DNA from: Nitrosopumilus sp.
Lineage (GTDB): Archaea; Thermoproteota; Nitrososphaeria; Nitrososphaerales; Nitrosopumilaceae
Direction: 5' to 3'
DNA: 64,000 nt
Assembly: GCA_965224195.1 (NCBI GenBank)
Contig: OZ245040.1
Coordinates: 896,001 to 960,000 of the forward strand
Shown here: positions 62,904-64,000 of the stretch, one piece after another
Numbering within the stretch: the first letter of the stretch is position 1
Layout: each line of letters opens with the position of its first letter
Notes under the pieces: model-generated
Seen by the model: only the letters and a program-made list of their open reading frames with translations
Databases searched by the model: none
What the model was told of the DNA's origin: nothing
Program-made: the position numbers and the translations under genes

Positions 62904-63678
62904 TTTTTTTCATTGCTTCCTTTGCTGTTCCTTTTCTGAAAATTATTTCGGCTAGTGCTTCTACCATTTTTTCAGGTGTTTTATGTGCAAAGATATTTCT
63001 ACCATATGTGACTCCTTTAGCTCCTGCAGTCATTGCATCTTCAGTCATTTGAAGAATATCTAAATCTGTTTTAGCTTTTGGTCCGCCAGCAATTACAATT
63101 GGAACTGGTGTGCTTTTTACAATTTTTGCAAATGAATCAATATCACCTGTGTAGAATGTTTTTACAATATCTGCACCACACTCTGCTCCTATTCTTGCAA
63201 CATGTGCAACAACTTCTGGATCATGCGGGTTTTTGATATTTTCCCCTCTTGGATACATCATTGCTAAAAGTGGCATTCCCCATTTGTGACATTGATCTGC
63301 AGTCATTCCGAGCTGCTCTAACATCTCTGGTTCTTCCTTACCTCCGATATTGATGTGTAATGAAACTCCATCAGCTCCCATAGCTGCTGCTTCTTTTACT
63401 GTTCCAGTTAACATTTTGCGATTTGGTGCTAGTGATAATGATGTACTACTTGAAAAATGAACTAAAATTCCTATTTTGGTTGGTTTTGGTAATGCTTTGA
63501 TAATCCCTTTGTTGATAATTACACTTGTAAGTCCGTGTCCTTCACATTTGTAAATTGCTGATATTGGATCTTCAAGGCCTTCAATAGGTCCGTTAGAAAT
63601 ACCGTGATCCATTGGAATACAAAGCATTCTTCCTTTTCTAAGAATTCGATTAAGTCTAATTTGATTTCCTGATACCAT
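62896..63678 (-). CDS. aroA': 2-amino-3,7-dideoxy-D-threo-hept-6-ulosonate synthase (DhnA-type aldolase)
   Basis: PMDHG, MMYPRG, GADIVKT and IAGGPK motifs; directly upstream of aroB'. Confidence 0.9.
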   Translation of the reverse strand: MVSGNQIRLNRILRKGRMLCIPMDHGISNGPIEGLEDPISAIYKCEGHGLTSVIINKGIIKALPKPTKIGILVHFSSSTSLSLAPNRKMLTGTVKEAAAMGADGVSLHINIGGKEEPEMLEQLGMTADQCHKWGMPLLAMMYPRGENIKNPHDPEVVAHVARIGAECGADIVKTFYTGDIDSFAKIVKSTPVPIVIAGGPKAKTDLDILQMTEDAMTAGAKGVTYGRNIFAHKTPEKMVEALAEIIFRKGTAKEAMKKIE

Positions 63679-63835
63679 GATTTGATCTGATTTTTGTGCC
63701 CTACTTAAAAATAACGTGAATCTTTGAACTCATATTTCTCAAAAATTGCGCACAAATCACTCATTTTTCTAATTTCTTTTTTTGTTTATCATTTCTATCA
63801 AGGATTAAATAGAAATTCTAAAGGATTATGATTAC

Positions 63836-64000
63836 TTGAGTCAGACAACTGAGCAGATACAAAAAAGCGATATTAAAGATATTTTGGATAATTCTCTTCA
63901 TAGCAAGAGACCTGGTCCTGAAGATATCTTGAGATTATTGGAATCAGATGATGTTCATTTTATGGGTCTTACTGCTGGCCATATTACAAGAAAACAATTT
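63836..64000 (+). CDS. Partial N-terminus, probably an MqnC/CofH-like radical SAM protein
   Basis: Open frame from TTG to the window end (SQTTEQIQKSDIKDILDNSL..RLLESDDVHFMGL); the SAM motif is not within the window. Confidence 0.5.
   Translation, partial: MSQTTEQIQKSDIKDILDNSLHSKRPGPEDILRLLESDDVHFMGLTAGHITRKQF

Overview
AT-rich archaeal chromosome window. Gene content and order (rps27ae/rps24e, apgM, thiDN, thiC, archaeal aro cluster) point to a Nitrosopumilaceae thaumarchaeon, probably host-associated given the decay, IS load, Liv transporter and secreted S1 protease/FN3 proteins; this taxonomy is inferred, not searched. Bases ~1-30.5 kb are an eroding accessory region: IS5/IS6 remnants, pseudogenes, a broken primase-polymerase/MCM replicon, a branched-chain amino acid ABC transporter, a Doc toxin-antitoxin pair and secreted proteins. 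Bases ~30.6-64 kb are core genes, interrupted between thiDN and thiC by a complete type I-B CRISPR-Cas locus (about 69 repeats of 30 bp) whose trailer repeat is split by a 173-bp MITE. The main finding is six scars outside the array, each a 30-46 bp direct duplication of local sequence around an unrelated 34-40 bp insert. This repeat-spacer-repeat geometry is what off-target Cas1-Cas2 integration would leave. Three scars hit the MGE helicase gene, where removing the two distal ones restores the MCM C-terminal motifs. One insert reads as a Cdc6/Orc1-type Walker A.
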